Of a stretch of DNA of 64,000 nucleotides, positions 26,757 through 40,559 are shown in pieces. The position numbers and the translations under genes were made by a program. Origin of the DNA: Sphagnum compactum (lineage: Eukaryota). The notes under the pieces are model-generated. The model worked only from the letters and a program-made list of their open reading frames with translations, was not told the origin of the DNA and made no database searches. The DNA is taken from contig OZ234493.1 in the NCBI GenBank assembly GCA_965153455.1, positions 31,796,213 through 31,860,212 of the forward strand, given 5' to 3'. How positions within the stretch are numbered: position 1 is the first letter of the stretch; each line of letters opens with the position of its first letter.

Positions 26757-28085
26757 ATGCTTGCATCAATGGCAGCAACTACTGCAGCAGCAGATGAAGG
26801 TCTCAGGTTACCAAGCCCATGGGCAGCAGTGGGTCGTGACACAGAAGCAGGGCGTGCTCTGTTTGCATTGTACAATGGATTTGGTCAAGCAAGAAACCAA
26901 GGGAACAAGTATTCTTCACAGAACAGACTCAAAATAATGCAGCAGCTTGCTATGAATGGACCACAACTACCTTCATTACCAAAGCCACCTCCTCCCAAAA
27001 AGCCTGTGGTGAAAGTACCTCAGTTCCACAGAAAGCAACACAATTTTGAAGATATCTGTCCAGTAGAATTCATGCGAGGCCGACGTAAAGCTTCACAAAT
27101 CCTTGAGCAATTGCGAGAGGATTCATACGTTGTGGAAATGCCTCCTGTTCCTCAACGGCCATTGTTGGATGAAAGAGAGAAATCCCGTCTCCAAGAAGTC
27201 TTCGAGTGGAGTAACAGGGACCTTGGCCCTGAACCACTCCAGGAAGAAGAGCCATGGCAAGTCATTGAGCCTGAAAAAGGTTCAATACAAGAGCAAGAGA
27301 TGCTCTTGGACACAATTGCACAAGAAGTTGAAGAACGCAAGACTTTCATAAAGGAGATGGAACAATATGGCAAGGGAGACAAGTACCGACTTCAAATTCA
27401 CAAAGAGATTGAAGACCGTATCAAGCAGATGAGCATGTTGCATCGAAGTATAACCATGGAAGAAAAGAAGATCCTTGAAAAACAAGCTAAAGCTGCTGCT
27501 GCTGTCATCAAGGATCAACCAGAAATCACACCAGATTCGGTTGCACAACCTCCAGCCAAAGAATCTCCTCATGACCAGGAACAGAATTCAACATCCACCC
27601 AATTTCACAACCATAAATCTGAACATGGCCTCAAAATGGTGTCAACAGACGGTATCCAGTCTCCAACGCAGGAAACAAAGGTGGACCACACAGACAAGCT
27701 GGTGATCACTGACAGCGATCAAGAAGACAATTACCATAAGGCCACAAACATCTATGAACTTGGAGGACTCTCAGAGAAACCACCACACAGATTGTCCAAG
27801 CCCAGTCACTACAAGATACCTTCGAGTGTAATGAGTCATGCTTCACGTGTATCAAGTGCAAGTTCCATCATGACTCATGTGTCACAAAAGAGCATGAAAG
27901 AATTGCCCCTAAGTGAAAACTACTCACCTCTGAGAGTACAAACAATCTCTGCAAAACAGCAAGGTGTGCCATTATCTCCAATTTCAAACCTACATTCCCT
28001 GTCTCCAACTTCAAACCAACATTTCCTGTCTCCAAGTCCACTATTTCCCAATACTCCAGAGCATCACGAGTCCTACATAATGTAA
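26757..28085 (+). CDS. UPF0193 / EVG1 (C22orf23)-like protein, 442 aa, intronless coding region
   Basis: Long ATG-initiated ORF. The segment EMLLDTIAQEVEERKTFIKEMEQYGKGDKYRLQIHKEIEDRIKQM and the upstream DEREKSRLQEVFEW resemble the UPF0193 core as I recall it. Low-complexity Ser/Pro-rich C-terminal tail. Confidence 0.75.
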   Translation: MLASMAATTAAADEGLRLPSPWAAVGRDTEAGRALFALYNGFGQARNQGNKYSSQNRLKIMQQLAMNGPQLPSLPKPPPPKKPVVKVPQFHRKQHNFEDICPVEFMRGRRKASQILEQLREDSYVVEMPPVPQRPLLDEREKSRLQEVFEWSNRDLGPEPLQEEEPWQVIEPEKGSIQEQEMLLDTIAQEVEERKTFIKEMEQYGKGDKYRLQIHKEIEDRIKQMSMLHRSITMEEKKILEKQAKAAAAVIKDQPEITPDSVAQPPAKESPHDQEQNSTSTQFHNHKSEHGLKMVSTDGIQSPTQETKVDHTDKLVITDSDQEDNYHKATNIYELGGLSEKPPHRLSKPSHYKIPSSVMSHASRVSSASSIMTHVSQKSMKELPLSENYSPLRVQTISAKQQGVPLSPISNLHSLSPTSNQHFLSPSPLFPNTPEHHESYIM

Positions 28086-29308
28086 ATTGCCTTTTGCCCC
28101 AAATAGTACTTGCTACTGAGTGCTGCCAAATACTGGTACAAGCTCTGTGTTCTGACCTTCTGTGTCCCTCTTTGGACATCATGTTACTGAATGGAAATGT
28201 TATTCACTTTTGAGGCAAACCAAAGATTTATGTAGTACATATCTTTAACACCACCAGTTTCCACTCAGCTTTCCTTCACACAAATCTGCAATTGAGATTT
28301 CCTCCAAAAAGAAAAGGGGATAGGGATAGTAAGTACCAGCCTGATCACCTCATTCAAGCTACCTTGATACACTTTACAGGCTTTCCCTCAGCAATTGGTG
28401 ATTACTCATGCTGCTGAAACATTGGTTTCCAGTTGATCTCAAGCAACAATTTAGCAACAAGAGACCCTTGAAGTCAGAAAGTGCAGAAGTCAATCCATAG
28501 AAAAACACTACATCTGTGCTCAAATAGAAGAGCACCAGATGCCTGCCTACAGCAACAAATTCTACCCATAAGTCAGGAGTCAATTGAACCTAGATGGACT
28601 ACAAAACATACCAATCAGATCCCTGCTCAAAAATTTCCCACATAAAAAGCGAACACGAATGTACATCAAATGCCAATTCATCCACACACAAAGAAGTATC
28701 TGAAAGCAAAGACAATCAAAACACATTGAACAATTGAAGTATTTACAAATTCTAATGACTGTATACTGTTGCATCCACTCATCAAAATTCCAAAATGTCC
28801 GAAGCACTCAGGGTACACAAAGTTTGCCAAGTACTTGCAAACAGAAGAAGAGGACTGCAGAATATTCTTGGACATACACTACCAAAAAAAGTAGCCTCTG
28901 ACCTAAGACTGACTTGAATGACTTCCATTTTACCCCCAACATAAGATTACATGTGAACAATCTTCTCCAGGAAGGCTACATCAATGTCCCAAACCTCTTT
29001 CTCGTGCCAACATATGCTGAGGGATGCTGTAAAAACACTAATCTACAATCTCACACTGCTTTTTTTTTCTTTCCTTCAATTTTTGGATTTTTTGGTTTTC
29101 CAAGGTGCAAAAACCAGACCAAATGGTCCAAGCAAAAAATGCCACTCACAACATGCAACTTGCCTTCTGCACAGGTGGCTTATTTAACATGGCAGGGAGT
29201 CTTGAAAAAGAGTTCCACGGATTGCTCGTGACCTTGCATGGTTGCATTTTGACCATCATGAAAGCATTGAAGAAGGTACAAACTGGCTTCCAGCATAAAA
29301 GCCAACAA

Positions 29309-32300
29309 TCAGCGTCCAGAGTTGCCACGAGACGTGAAGAAGATGTAGTCCGGATGCTGCACACCTAATTGCTTCAGATGTGCATCTGCAGAGTTTTGAA
29401 GAAGGGTGGCATGCCGCCGCTCTAAATTAGATGTCCACAACGCCCCTTTCAGCTTGTAGGAGGCAAGCCCAAAAGCTCGCAATGCTAATCGTGAGGTATC
29501 ATGTGGACACAACATTGGCAAGTCACAAGCTTCACTGCAATTCAGCAACTGCCTAGACCCTTCTATCCCTGCAAAACATAACCAAAACATAACCATCAGA
29601 AGATGTTATCAAGCAAAGTATTGTGACAAGTTCTTTCACATTCACGTACTGCGAGCACTTCCCACATTGATCACAGAAATAGGAGTCTGAACATGAGTTA
29701 TATCTGTTCAATAGATCAGACTGGAAGCTTGACAAAGGCTCTAATGCAGTTGTCACGTTTTCATCAGATCAACCAGAGTTCTCAATTTCAGTTACCAATT
29801 TCCAGAAATATTTGCTCTATTTAAGTAGAGCTGCTAAGAACAATACTGCTTCACTTGCCCATTGAACCATATGTGAAGCACTGTTCATCCCACACACCTG
29901 AAGCACCATGCATGGGTGTTGAAAGAGAGTGAAATGTTAGGAAGCATGCTGCCAGATCACGTAATGTAGGACCAGTTGGTATTCGATAAATAGGGTACCT
30001 GAAAGAACCAGCCTTACTGGTCAGCAATGCTACACAAAGGATGATTCTAAACTTTCCCAGGAACCAAGACTCTACGATGGGCATAACAGATACCCAAGCT
30101 CACAGAATTAGTCAACCATGTAACTAACTGCAAAGTCACGAGGTGTGAAAAGATACTGCCCACAGAGATCAAGCACTGACCTCTGCATTGAATATAAAAC
30201 CATAACAGGACAAACAGACTGATGGTGGTGGGACTCGAATGGCTGCACAAATAAGATGGACATACCAGGCCACAGAGAGCCAACTATTTGGCAAAAGGTC
30301 CACACTCCGCAGTGTTCGCAGAGGGTTAGACTCTGGGTCAAAGTCCTGTGACAAATCTGCAATCTGAAAAAAGGAGTCCAGACATAAGTACTGTAAGTAC
30401 CAGATGCCAACATCTAGCAACCAACTCAATGCACCTAATGTGACAGTAATGAAGAGTCAGCCTACAAACTCTCTACATGCAGCAATCCATCACAAACTTT
30501 CACCAAGAAGAACTAGACCAGAAGATCTAATCTGATGCAGATACAAACATTGAACAAATGCAAGTGAAAGCAAGTGAAATAAATAACGTGTTATTCTTTT
30601 GAGCTGCATAAGTTGATTCCAGACAAGTAGGACTATTCCCTTGCAGTCTAGCAGGAGGAATGAAGAATACTTCTACACAACCAATTAAGCCTAACACTCA
30701 ACATGCTAAAATTTCCCAGGAAAAAAAAGAATTGCATGGTCATGGGCAGTCCCAATAAACCCATCCAATCCATGAATGAAGGGTCAAAATGAAGTAGCAG
30801 GAGTTCCACAAATTCATCTGCATAGACTCTTGTGAACAAAGAGTCTCAAATTGTTGCCACTGTTCATTTGATTTCCAACAAGAAAGCACATGGATGTTTG
30901 CAGTACCCACCTTATCAACAAGAGGAACACGGCTATAAGGTGGGCTGGTCTCAAAATAGGACCAGACCTCTCCCTCTTCACCATCACCATTTACAAAGGG
31001 AGAGCATTCCAACCTCGGACCACTTCCCATGTGATTACATGAGCTGGAACTATCAGAATCCTTGAAGCTTTGCCTTCGCAGACTTCTCCCTAAACCCATT
31101 GGACTCTCATTCTCACCATCGCTGCTTGCCTCACTGCCCTCATCACTTTCTGCACCAGGTGCCCTTCAATAGCAACACCATAATAAGAATTTAGAGGGTT
31201 TCCTTTGGACTCGACTGACGAGAGGTATAAATTGGGGTGGAACTACCTAGAGCTGAGTGTACCTCCCTTTTAGCTCATCCAAGCTCTGATACACTAGATT
31301 GTAGACCTGACCATTTGAGACTAACATGTTGTAGAATGCTGTTAATCGACACTGAGATGGTAAAAATTTCCTTGAATCGTCATAATCAAGGACCTCCTTA
31401 TTTACCCATTCCAAGGCCAGAAACAGAAACTACAATGCTGCTGTGTCAACAATGCTATCTATCCTGTTTGCTAATTCTAGTCACAAGGCCAGAAACAACA
31501 ATGGTAAAACTAAGATTCAAAACCGCATCAACTTACAGCATTCATCACAATGTTTTCTAGCACAAAAAGTGGCAAAGCTTCAAAGCAAAATTCAACTCCT
31601 GCAAGTAGAAGACATCAAATACTTACTTACCTATACCCAACATGAGGCCTTCTAGAAGGAAGTGTGTATAGCTGCAAAGCAGACACATATGGTACATAGT
31701 ATTGGACCACATTCTCATCACCGTTTAACATGAGAGGCACGCCTGCTCCATAAGCACTCCACTCATCAAATGAGTCCCATAGATCTCCAAGACTGAAGAA
31801 TGGAATTCCGTCCGGATCAATGCACCGCTTCAGAGAAGCATCCCGCAAACAAGACTGCAGACACAGACACAACCCTAAACATTCGGATCAGATACTCTCT
31901 CTCTTTCTCGCTGTGTGTCTGTACCAACCATTGCATTCCAGACTGCTGCAGACTACAAATTGTCAGTCAAGAAAAAAACACACAAGATTGGAAGCATCTG
32001 TACCTTCCGGAGAGTTTGAGGTTTCACTTTGGGAGTTGTAACATCCAGAAAACAATCAAGATTGGAGTGCAGGAGTCTGCCTGAAGGCGAAGCCGATGAT
32101 GATGATACTCCTGCTGCAACTCCTCCACCTCGTCCTCCTGCTGCTGCTGGAACATCATTGGCGATGGCTCCCACAGCTCTGCTTTCTACTCCAGCTGTTC
32201 TTCCTCCATCAAGCCTGTGAGTGCCTCCTCTCTTGCCAGACTCAGCACTGTTACGCTTCATATATGTTATTCTGGGAGGATGAGATGTTTGAGGAGGAGC

Positions 32301-32423
32301 TGGCCGAGGGTGCGTATGCCATTGATGCTTATCCTCCCCCCTGCCATTCTGCCGCTCATACTGTAACAAATCATCGGCACTGCTGCTGCTGTAAGCCCTC
32401 CTCTGCAAGGCTGAACCAAACAT
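29309..32423 (-). CDS. Plant DUF789 family protein, about 451 aa
   Basis: Exons on the minus strand: 32423-32004, 31854-31631, 31163-30911, 30363-30266, 29998-29898 (or 29907), 29568-29309; all GT-AG and in phase. Hallmark motifs: [109 protein letters not shown]. Confidence 0.93.
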
Positions 32424-34144
32424 AGATTCCTAACTTTGCTCTTGAGGAGGATGATGGATTGGAATCCTCTACAAACAAAATCACCGCTGCAATGATCAGC
32501 AGCTCTTCTTGCCCTCCCAAACTGCCTAATTCTTTTGAAATCAGCCTCTTTTCCTTTCAAGGCAACCGTGAGGAGGGATACACACTGAAGCTTTTCACGC
32601 TAACTGTGCGCAGATCCTGCATGAGCACAGCTAACCCCGTCCATTTCCTGCTCAACAATCAGCTGGTCGATCTACCGCTCAAGAACAGAATCCTTGCCCC
32701 TGACCGGCCTGTGAGCAGCTGCAACTCCTACAATTGAGGGAAGAAATCGCTCCTGAAGCAGAAATCAGGCGGTGAAACGGCATCGCCGACGCAGGAAAAT
32801 AATGCTGTGGAAACTGCTAGACTTAGCTATCAGGCCCGCCTGTGGCTTCTTCCTCGTGTCGCTAGCCTTATCGACGTGCTGATCACTAGATAAGAAGATC
32901 ACACTCGCCTGATTTCGTGAGGAACTTCGGCAAAAGCTCGTAGTAGAACAGAACATGAAGACAACAGGCTAGAATCAAGCCTGTGCGCGGCTCGTCAAAG
33001 TAATCTAAGTCCTCAACGGAATGATTTTCAACGGCAGAGCAAACAGCACGCACCTTCGACCAAACGTCCTTGATCACAGCTGATCCGAAGACTGCGGCAA
33101 CCAGAAGCAAATCTGGTTATGGAGCACTGTGTATATCACCACAGAACAGGAGTTCACAAAACGACGATGCGACTGCAAAGAGGAGAGCCCCGCAACTCTC
33201 GCAAAACCTCGATCAATACTCCGGACTCGTCACAACTGACGGAAATGATGCAACAAAACTGCTGCAAGCGGCATTTCAAACCGCACTAAATTCCAGCACC
33301 AAAAAGGTGCAACAGTCCCGTGGAGAAAGAAAAGAAAGAAAGAAAGATGCCTCAGATGAAAGAATAAAGCACCTCAGAGAACACTTTCTTCTTGGTCACC
33401 AAAATAACTCCTTCCGCAACAACACCATCAACAACGCAGATTTAGCAAACGGCCTGAAAAATTCGGCAGTCGCACAATCAAACACTCAATATGAAGTTCC
33501 AGTCACAGGAAAAGAAATAAAATAATCGCAAGATCATCAATGGCAAGAGAAACAGAGGAAACAGAAAGCACTGCAACCAAAAGAAAGAAAGAAAACATAA
33601 CAAAACAACACAAAAAAACTCCTGGAGAATACTTACAACCGATAAGAAATAGGTGCGAAGTAAGAAGAAGAAGAAGAACGGGGTAAGGAAAAAGAGAAAA
33701 GAGAAAACGAGTCCAAAAGCAAAAAGGGGAGGAGCGGGGGGGCGCGGGGGGCACAAAATGTGTTTACTTTTAGACTAGACTCTCTGACAATCCTACTATT
33801 ACCCGCAAAACTAAAACTTGTACCACAGCCAAAAAGTTAAAACAGCAAAGTGTGAAGCTTGAAAGCGGCAACTTACTGGTCCGAGAATGCAGTCAAGAGG
33901 ACGGGAAATCGATGAAGAATCGCGAGCTTGAGAACGCACCAAAACACGAGAGAGAGAGACACACACACACACACACAGACAAGAGGGAGAGAGAGCGCGC
34001 GAGAGAAGAGACGACAACGAAGGAGGAAGAAGAGCCGAGAACGCAATCTGCCTTTGTGTGTCCAGCGGTCCGTCCGTTACTTCAGTTCCCCGGTGGTCAT
34101 TGCTCATTACCCATCGGTCGTGTATCCGGTGGTCCTTCCTTCGT

Positions 34145-34170
34145 TAGGCCCACCCACCCCCCACGTGGAA
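34145..34170. promoter_or_regulatory. G-box (CCACGTGG) and site-II-like GGCCCA in the putative DUF789 promoter
   Basis: ccacgtgg at 34161-34168 and ggccca at 34147-34152, just upstream of the CT/GT-microsatellite leader of the minus-strand gene. Confidence 0.4.
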
Positions 34171-36294
34171 GAATGTGCCGCTGCGGACTCCCCGGAAGAA
34201 TCAATTTTCTTTATTTCGTATTTTAAATTTATTTCGTATTTTTTAAAAATATATATATATTTCATCCGGATTCATTCATTCATTCATTCATTTTGTCTCC
34301 TATATTTCACTTGTTCTTTTCCTTGGCCTATTTTTTTTTTCCCCCTTTCTTTATGGTGTGAATTTTATTTTGGGTGGGGGGTGTGCAAGGGGGTGCAAGG
34401 CCGTAACATTTTCATGTTTAAACTATTTTTGACGATTTTGAGTGTGTTAGATGTGCCACAAGGAGGGGTTCAAGTTTTCTTTGGACACCAAAAACAACAA
34501 AACCCTCCCCTTGGATCCCGCCTACCTTGAACATTTAAATGTTTGGTCACCAACCCGTCTACCTTACACTTTGGAAAATTGTAGTACCTACTAGTGAATG
34601 CGAGATTTTTTTTTATAATAAAAAAACCCCAAAAACGGACACAATTGTTCGAAGCTCCCAAAATTCAAACATCAATCAAAAAACAATTTACTTATAGCCT
34701 TAGACCTTTTGAACAACAAGTAATTCACTAAAAAAATTAGAATTTGAAAAAATAATAAAATATAGCTATGGTCGAACCTTTTGAAACAATACTAGGCATA
34801 ATAATAAAATATGTTCCAAAATGACAAATTGTGTCCCTAAGGTACTATGGTGTATAGGGTACGTCTTTAATGCCCACCTTTTATTTTTTACTTTCCTCTA
34901 GGTTTAAACACTTTCACAAACCCGTCCATATTTGTGTCCGGATGTTTTTCATCTATTACACAACATCGAGTAAGGTTGTTTGTCGAGGCACTACGGTAAG
35001 AAAAATTATTTCCAAAATGACACAATTCGTGTCCTAGGTGCGATCTCAATGACAACCGTCCATCCATTATGTGAGTGAGATCAAGGGAGGGTTAAGTTTG
35101 TCATGAATGTAAAATTTAGTACATCCATCTAGATTATGAAGTTAATTGTGTGTTTACTCCCGCAAATTGTTATTAAAATGCTTATTTTCTTTTATATATA
35201 TATATATAAATGTAAACATATAATTCCCATGCCAAATTTAGTATCAATAGCCATATAGTTAATATATGAAATGTTCCCAATTAATTAAAGTAAATAATCA
35301 TGCACTTTACAACTTGTGGCCCAAGGATATAAGCTATGGGTTATTCCAAGAATAAAAAAGGGCAATTCAAAAATTCTATAATCATAATTTTAAAATCTAA
35401 ATATTATTATTTCACTACTATTATTTTTAACTTTCATTCTTTCGACTTATAACTTATATGTTGTAAAAATTGGAATAGATAAGATAAATTATTATTGTTA
35501 AACACCTACAATGGTGCAAAATATAATGTAATGTTTAGAATCATTTTAGAACTGTACAAATGTGGGAAAAGAATTAATATAAAAATAAGTGAGACATGTG
35601 AATTAATCTTTGATCAATTTTTTTATAAAAACCATCCAAAATCATTTAAAGATTAAATTAAATTAAACCTAAATTTTTAATTTTTGGATCATTCTAATTT
35701 TATTTAAATTTATGATCATTTTTAAAGGTGAAATGCAATATTTAGTTTCAATTTGAAAAGGAATTTTTCTAAACATATGTGAAAAAGGTAAATATATGTG
35801 ATATTAAAAATAAATATATCATTTTTGAAGTTTATGGAATGTTTTCATATAATTATATTAATTTCTAGATATTAATTTTGTGATCACAAATTAGGATGCC
35901 CAAGGCTAGCATGGCACAAAAAAAAAACACAAAACTTGACTTTAAGTTATGTGTCAATTTTAATTTAGTAACTTTACGAAAGAATGAGAGATGAATTTGA
36001 TAAAGGAATGCTCTTGAATTTTAGGAACTAGGATCCAAATTGAGTTGAACAAAATTTCGATTAAATTCAATATCAATAACAATTCAAAAATGATGTTACT
36101 TATCTCAACACATGTGTGAACACAATCTAATTTTATTTTTTCCAATTCAACATTCAATGCATCAAACATTGTGCTATATATATATATATATATATATATC
36201 TAACATAATTTGATATGAATTGTTGACATAAATTTATTCAAATAATGTTTACACTTGAATTAGGCTTCATGTGGTTTATTAGTAACATGGTTAA

Positions 36295-36331
<37 letters not shown>

Positions 36332-38689
36332 ATTGGGAAAAAAATTGCAATGTTCCAACAAATGATAGGAAATTACATAAGATTTTATTCATTGTTATTT
36401 TCATTTAATATGTTTGTTATAAAAAAAGTTTATGCAACCTCGTTGTATTGATAATTTTCATCGTCTATATAATTTTCTTCTTAATTTCAAAAAGAAATTT
36501 ATGTTGGTTATTTGATCATCTTTTGTCAATAACTTCATGCAATGTTTTACAACCATTGGTTGCTTGTTTACATCCATTTTTGGTGTTCATTATATTCTTT
36601 CCTTGACAATGCAATATTACTATTTATTGTTAAGGTTTTACTTTCTCCCCCATCATATTTGTCCAACTTAATTTTATTTCAATTTAAGTTTAATTTGTCA
36701 AGTTTATCAAATAATTTTCATATGAAAGTATGCAGGTAGTTTTGGATGGTGTTGATATTTTGTTAAAATCATCAATTTAAATGAGAACTAAATTCAACAA
36801 GAATTTCTTAAATGAAGGAGGTGTTTGAATTTGATTTTGTTTGTATGAAAAGGCACGTGATGTATGTGCCTTTTCAAACATGCATTTCCAAAGACAAACA
36901 TATAAACAATCATTAATATTTTTATCATATAAATTGAACTTCATTTGTATGAGAAAGAGGTAAGAATAATGGTAAAAATTGTGAAGGTTTATAATCAATA
37001 GAATAAACACACACACATATATAATTATGTTATTGCAATGTACTTTAATAGTTATATAAATCTTTAAACTTCAATGGCAATGATCCATGAGAATTGGTTT
37101 AGGTTTGAGAACTTTAGGTTCCATAACTCATATGTTGTCTTTTAGAGAATTCCAAACTAGAATCTATTTGACCCATTTCCAAATGAAGAAGTCTAGAAAG
37201 GTGTCTTTTCATATTTGTGTACTTTTTTATTAAAAAAATTTGTCAACACCACATTTATGAGCAAATTTTTAATACCTTTTTCCACCAATTTGCACCCCAT
37301 TTATTTTCAATTCAAGCTACATAAAATACCATAAAATGTTTATATATATCAAGATAGGTGTTTGTTTTTTGGGACCACACCTTAACCTTTTTGAAATGTG
37401 GGACTCCCCGTTGTGGTTTATGGTACCATTGGAAAGCCCTAGACATGGCAATGTGAAGGTGATTGCTTCGTAAATTTCTAACCAATAGAAGAAAAAAGAG
37501 ATTTTTTTAGTATAAATTCAAATAAATTAGCTAAAAATTTGGAAAAATTCCCCATATTTTCACTATTACAAAACCCTACCACTAAACCCTAAAGGGTGGA
37601 AAAAATTATATGATGTGAATCAGTTATGGGAACACAAATAGTGGGGAACCTACTATATATCATGGTGTGATTCAACGATGGGAACATTATAAAAATGTGA
37701 ATCAATTTTGGTTTAGGGTTTACCCAATGTACATACAATGGATAGTAAAGGTTTTGTGATATTAAAAAAAAAAAGGCCAAATTTTCCACCCCCAAAAAAA
37801 AAAAAAAACATTGCACTTTACACTTAAAAAATAATTAGAAAAAATTACCCTATTTTTGTGTGAGAAACACAACAAAAAAAACACCGGGCATCAATGGTTG
37901 TTTGTTTTTTTGGGGGGGGGGGCAAAAAATTTCACATTCTGGTAACCAAGAAAAAAAAAACCCTTGTACAACTAAGTTGCTGCCCGAGAGAAAAAAAGGG
38001 GGGGGGCAGGGGAGGGGAGAAATTTATTATTATCTATCCAGAGGCCAGGTTGCTCCCTCCACGACAGGGGTGGACAAAATCGACAGACCTGTAAGGGACG
38101 TCCACGTGTAGTTGTCGTCTGCCCAAAACCGTCGCCGCCGTTGCTGTCGAAAGAGGGCCGTCGGGGCGGAAGCCAAAGAAGGAAGGAAGAAACGAACGAA
38201 CGAACGAACGAACGAACGAGGGAGGAGGAGATCCGCATGCATGCGAGAAGACCAGACCAGACGCTGTTGTTGCTGCTCGCTCCTCAAGGCGTCGACGGTC
38301 CGAATTGGAATTGCGCATCCCGAGTCGCTGCAGCAGAAGAGGAGTGTTTGGCTTATCCGTCTATCTGTCTGTCTGTCTGTCTGTCTGTCGTCTGCACCAC
38401 TCACCACCACATTTGCTTACTTCCATTACAGACCCACCGCATTTGGATTACTTAAATTATATGGGGTCGGGGGGGGGGGGGGGGGACTTGAGAGCTTTCT
38501 TTCTTTCTTTCTTTCTTTGATTGAAGAGCTTATGTGTCAAAAGGCTATGTGAAAGTACTTAAGTACACTGGTTGCGCTTGTATCAGCATATCTGTCGCTG
38601 GCGCTCATCTCCGCTTGTCCATCCTTGTTGCTCACACTTGGCGACTCAATGAGTGACGAATGGGTTACATCGTGCTGAGGTCTGCTGTT

Positions 38690-38850
38690 TGCTGCTGTTG
38701 TTGTTGTTTTTAGGGTTGCTCCTCCTTTTGTCACACTTCTTTGTTGTTGTTGTTTTTTAGGGTTGGTCCTCCATTTGTCACACTTCTTTGTTTGTTGTTG
38801 TTGTTTTTAGGGTTGCTCCTCCTTTTGTCACACTTCTTCTTTGTTGTTGG
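38690..38850. repeat. ~53-bp tandem repeat, 3 copies
   Basis: ttgttgttgttgtttttagggttgctcctccttttgtcacacttct unit repeated three times. Confidence 0.85.
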
Positions 38851-40559
38851 CCTCCTTGCCTACTTACTACTCACCAAGAAGGCAAGAAGGATATTGTGTT
38901 TAGATTCATTATAGAGTATGGTAGCTTAAGGGATTTTTTGGGTCCTCGCTTATGAAAGGATTGCTCTAGGTGGACCTTTGTTGATTCAAAAAATAGGCAA
39001 AAAGACATGGAATCAAAGAGAAGAAATATGTCGCTCAATAAGGAGTACCTAGTGATATTTTTACCAAAATGTCATGACTAAATTTTTGTGGATCGATTAT
39101 TGGAAAGTAAATTAGGTTAGATGATACGCCCCCTCATCTTACCATATGGTATTGGTAGTATTTCTTTGATATGAACATCAAGTGAAAGCTCTTTGGGCCC
39201 TAGGTGCACACCTTAGCTTGACCCTTTGAAGTCCAAATAACAAGAGTTTTGAGCTTCATAATCATCATAACATTCATTAAGGAAAATTCAATGACCTTTT
39301 ATTTAAACAAAATGAACTAATAAAAAAATTATTGCAATTTGAACCCAAATTTCAATTTAAGACTCATCATGTAAATTCACCATAGCCAAACACAATAAAG
39401 AAGCATTCTTTTACTTATAGTATACATTGTAAGTTCTTGTAGTCGTTAAATTGAAATGAAATTTTTGAAGTTTCTAAAACACAATTCTCAATTTTGGGAC
39501 ACATATCTTGAACTTTAGAGTGTCATAATTATTAGAAAACATGCAATTATATTGAGCATGTGACCATGTTTCATTATAGCCCCCATCAAAAGTTTTCCAA
39601 AACCACCTAAAGTTCCCAATGTAGACATGATTTACATTTCCAAATCATTCTATAAGTGTGTAAGGCACATTTTAATATCTTTGGACACTTTTGCTTTTAA
39701 ATTTTCAAACAATTATAAACTCAAAAAGTGAATTCAATTTAAACATGCAATGGCAATTGCTTATATCTTTCTAAGTTTTTTGCAATGAACCAAAAAACAT
39801 TTATTTATGATTTGATGCTTCAAATTTTACCTTGACTATAGAATACTCCTAAGGACTCCCAACTCCTAGTGTGTTTTCATTTTAGGACTTTTCAGAGGGC
39901 ATCCTTTTGATTTTTTGAACATTGCACCCTTTATGTTATGGGTGTTCCACTCTTCCTTGACTTTTGTTTTGGAGTTACATTAACTTGATGATTCCTTGTT
40001 AAATCTTTTGCCCTCGAGAGAAACATTTCGTTGACATTCCTAATCACCTATTGCAAGCCCAAGTAAAAAGTATTAATATTAAGGATACATTACAATACTA
40101 TTTGACACAAGAGCAACATAAATCGTTTGTCTATGTTAGTTGTTTTAAAACTAGGAATTCCCTCATGCAAGGATGAAAGCAAAAGAAACAAACATGTGCA
40201 ATTAACAAACCAAGATTGAAGCCTTACTCAGAAATATCAATACTTGAAAATGGTTAAACTTTTATGATGTGACATGATATACATGTTAAACATGCAATGG
40301 ATGGAACAATATTGGACATAGGTGGATTGCCAAAAAAGGTTATGAAAATTCACAAATTGTAAAATAAAATCATATTTTGTAAATTACCATTGATTTTTAT
40401 AGGCACCACAACCACATAAAAAGAAGATGTGTTACTTTGAAGTTTGATAAGAATATTGAAATTCTAAATAATAATGAAATCCCAACCTAATTATTAGTTA
40501 CAACTTGGAAATCAAAGATAATTTTCTACATGATTTACTTACACAATTTTCATAAAAAA

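Noticed and set aside
33070..34530. Plus-strand ORFs of 124-200 aa
   Set aside because: They are low-complexity translations of the DUF789 leader and promoter microsatellites.
38030..38552. ORFs of 70-146 aa in the GC island as protein genes
   Set aside because: They are built from (acga)n, (tctg)n and poly-G repeats and show no protein-like motif or exon structure.
38598..38620. ggcgct...ctcc as a miR390/TAS3 target site
   Set aside because: Complementarity is poor, and I saw no second miR390 site or tasiARF sequence.
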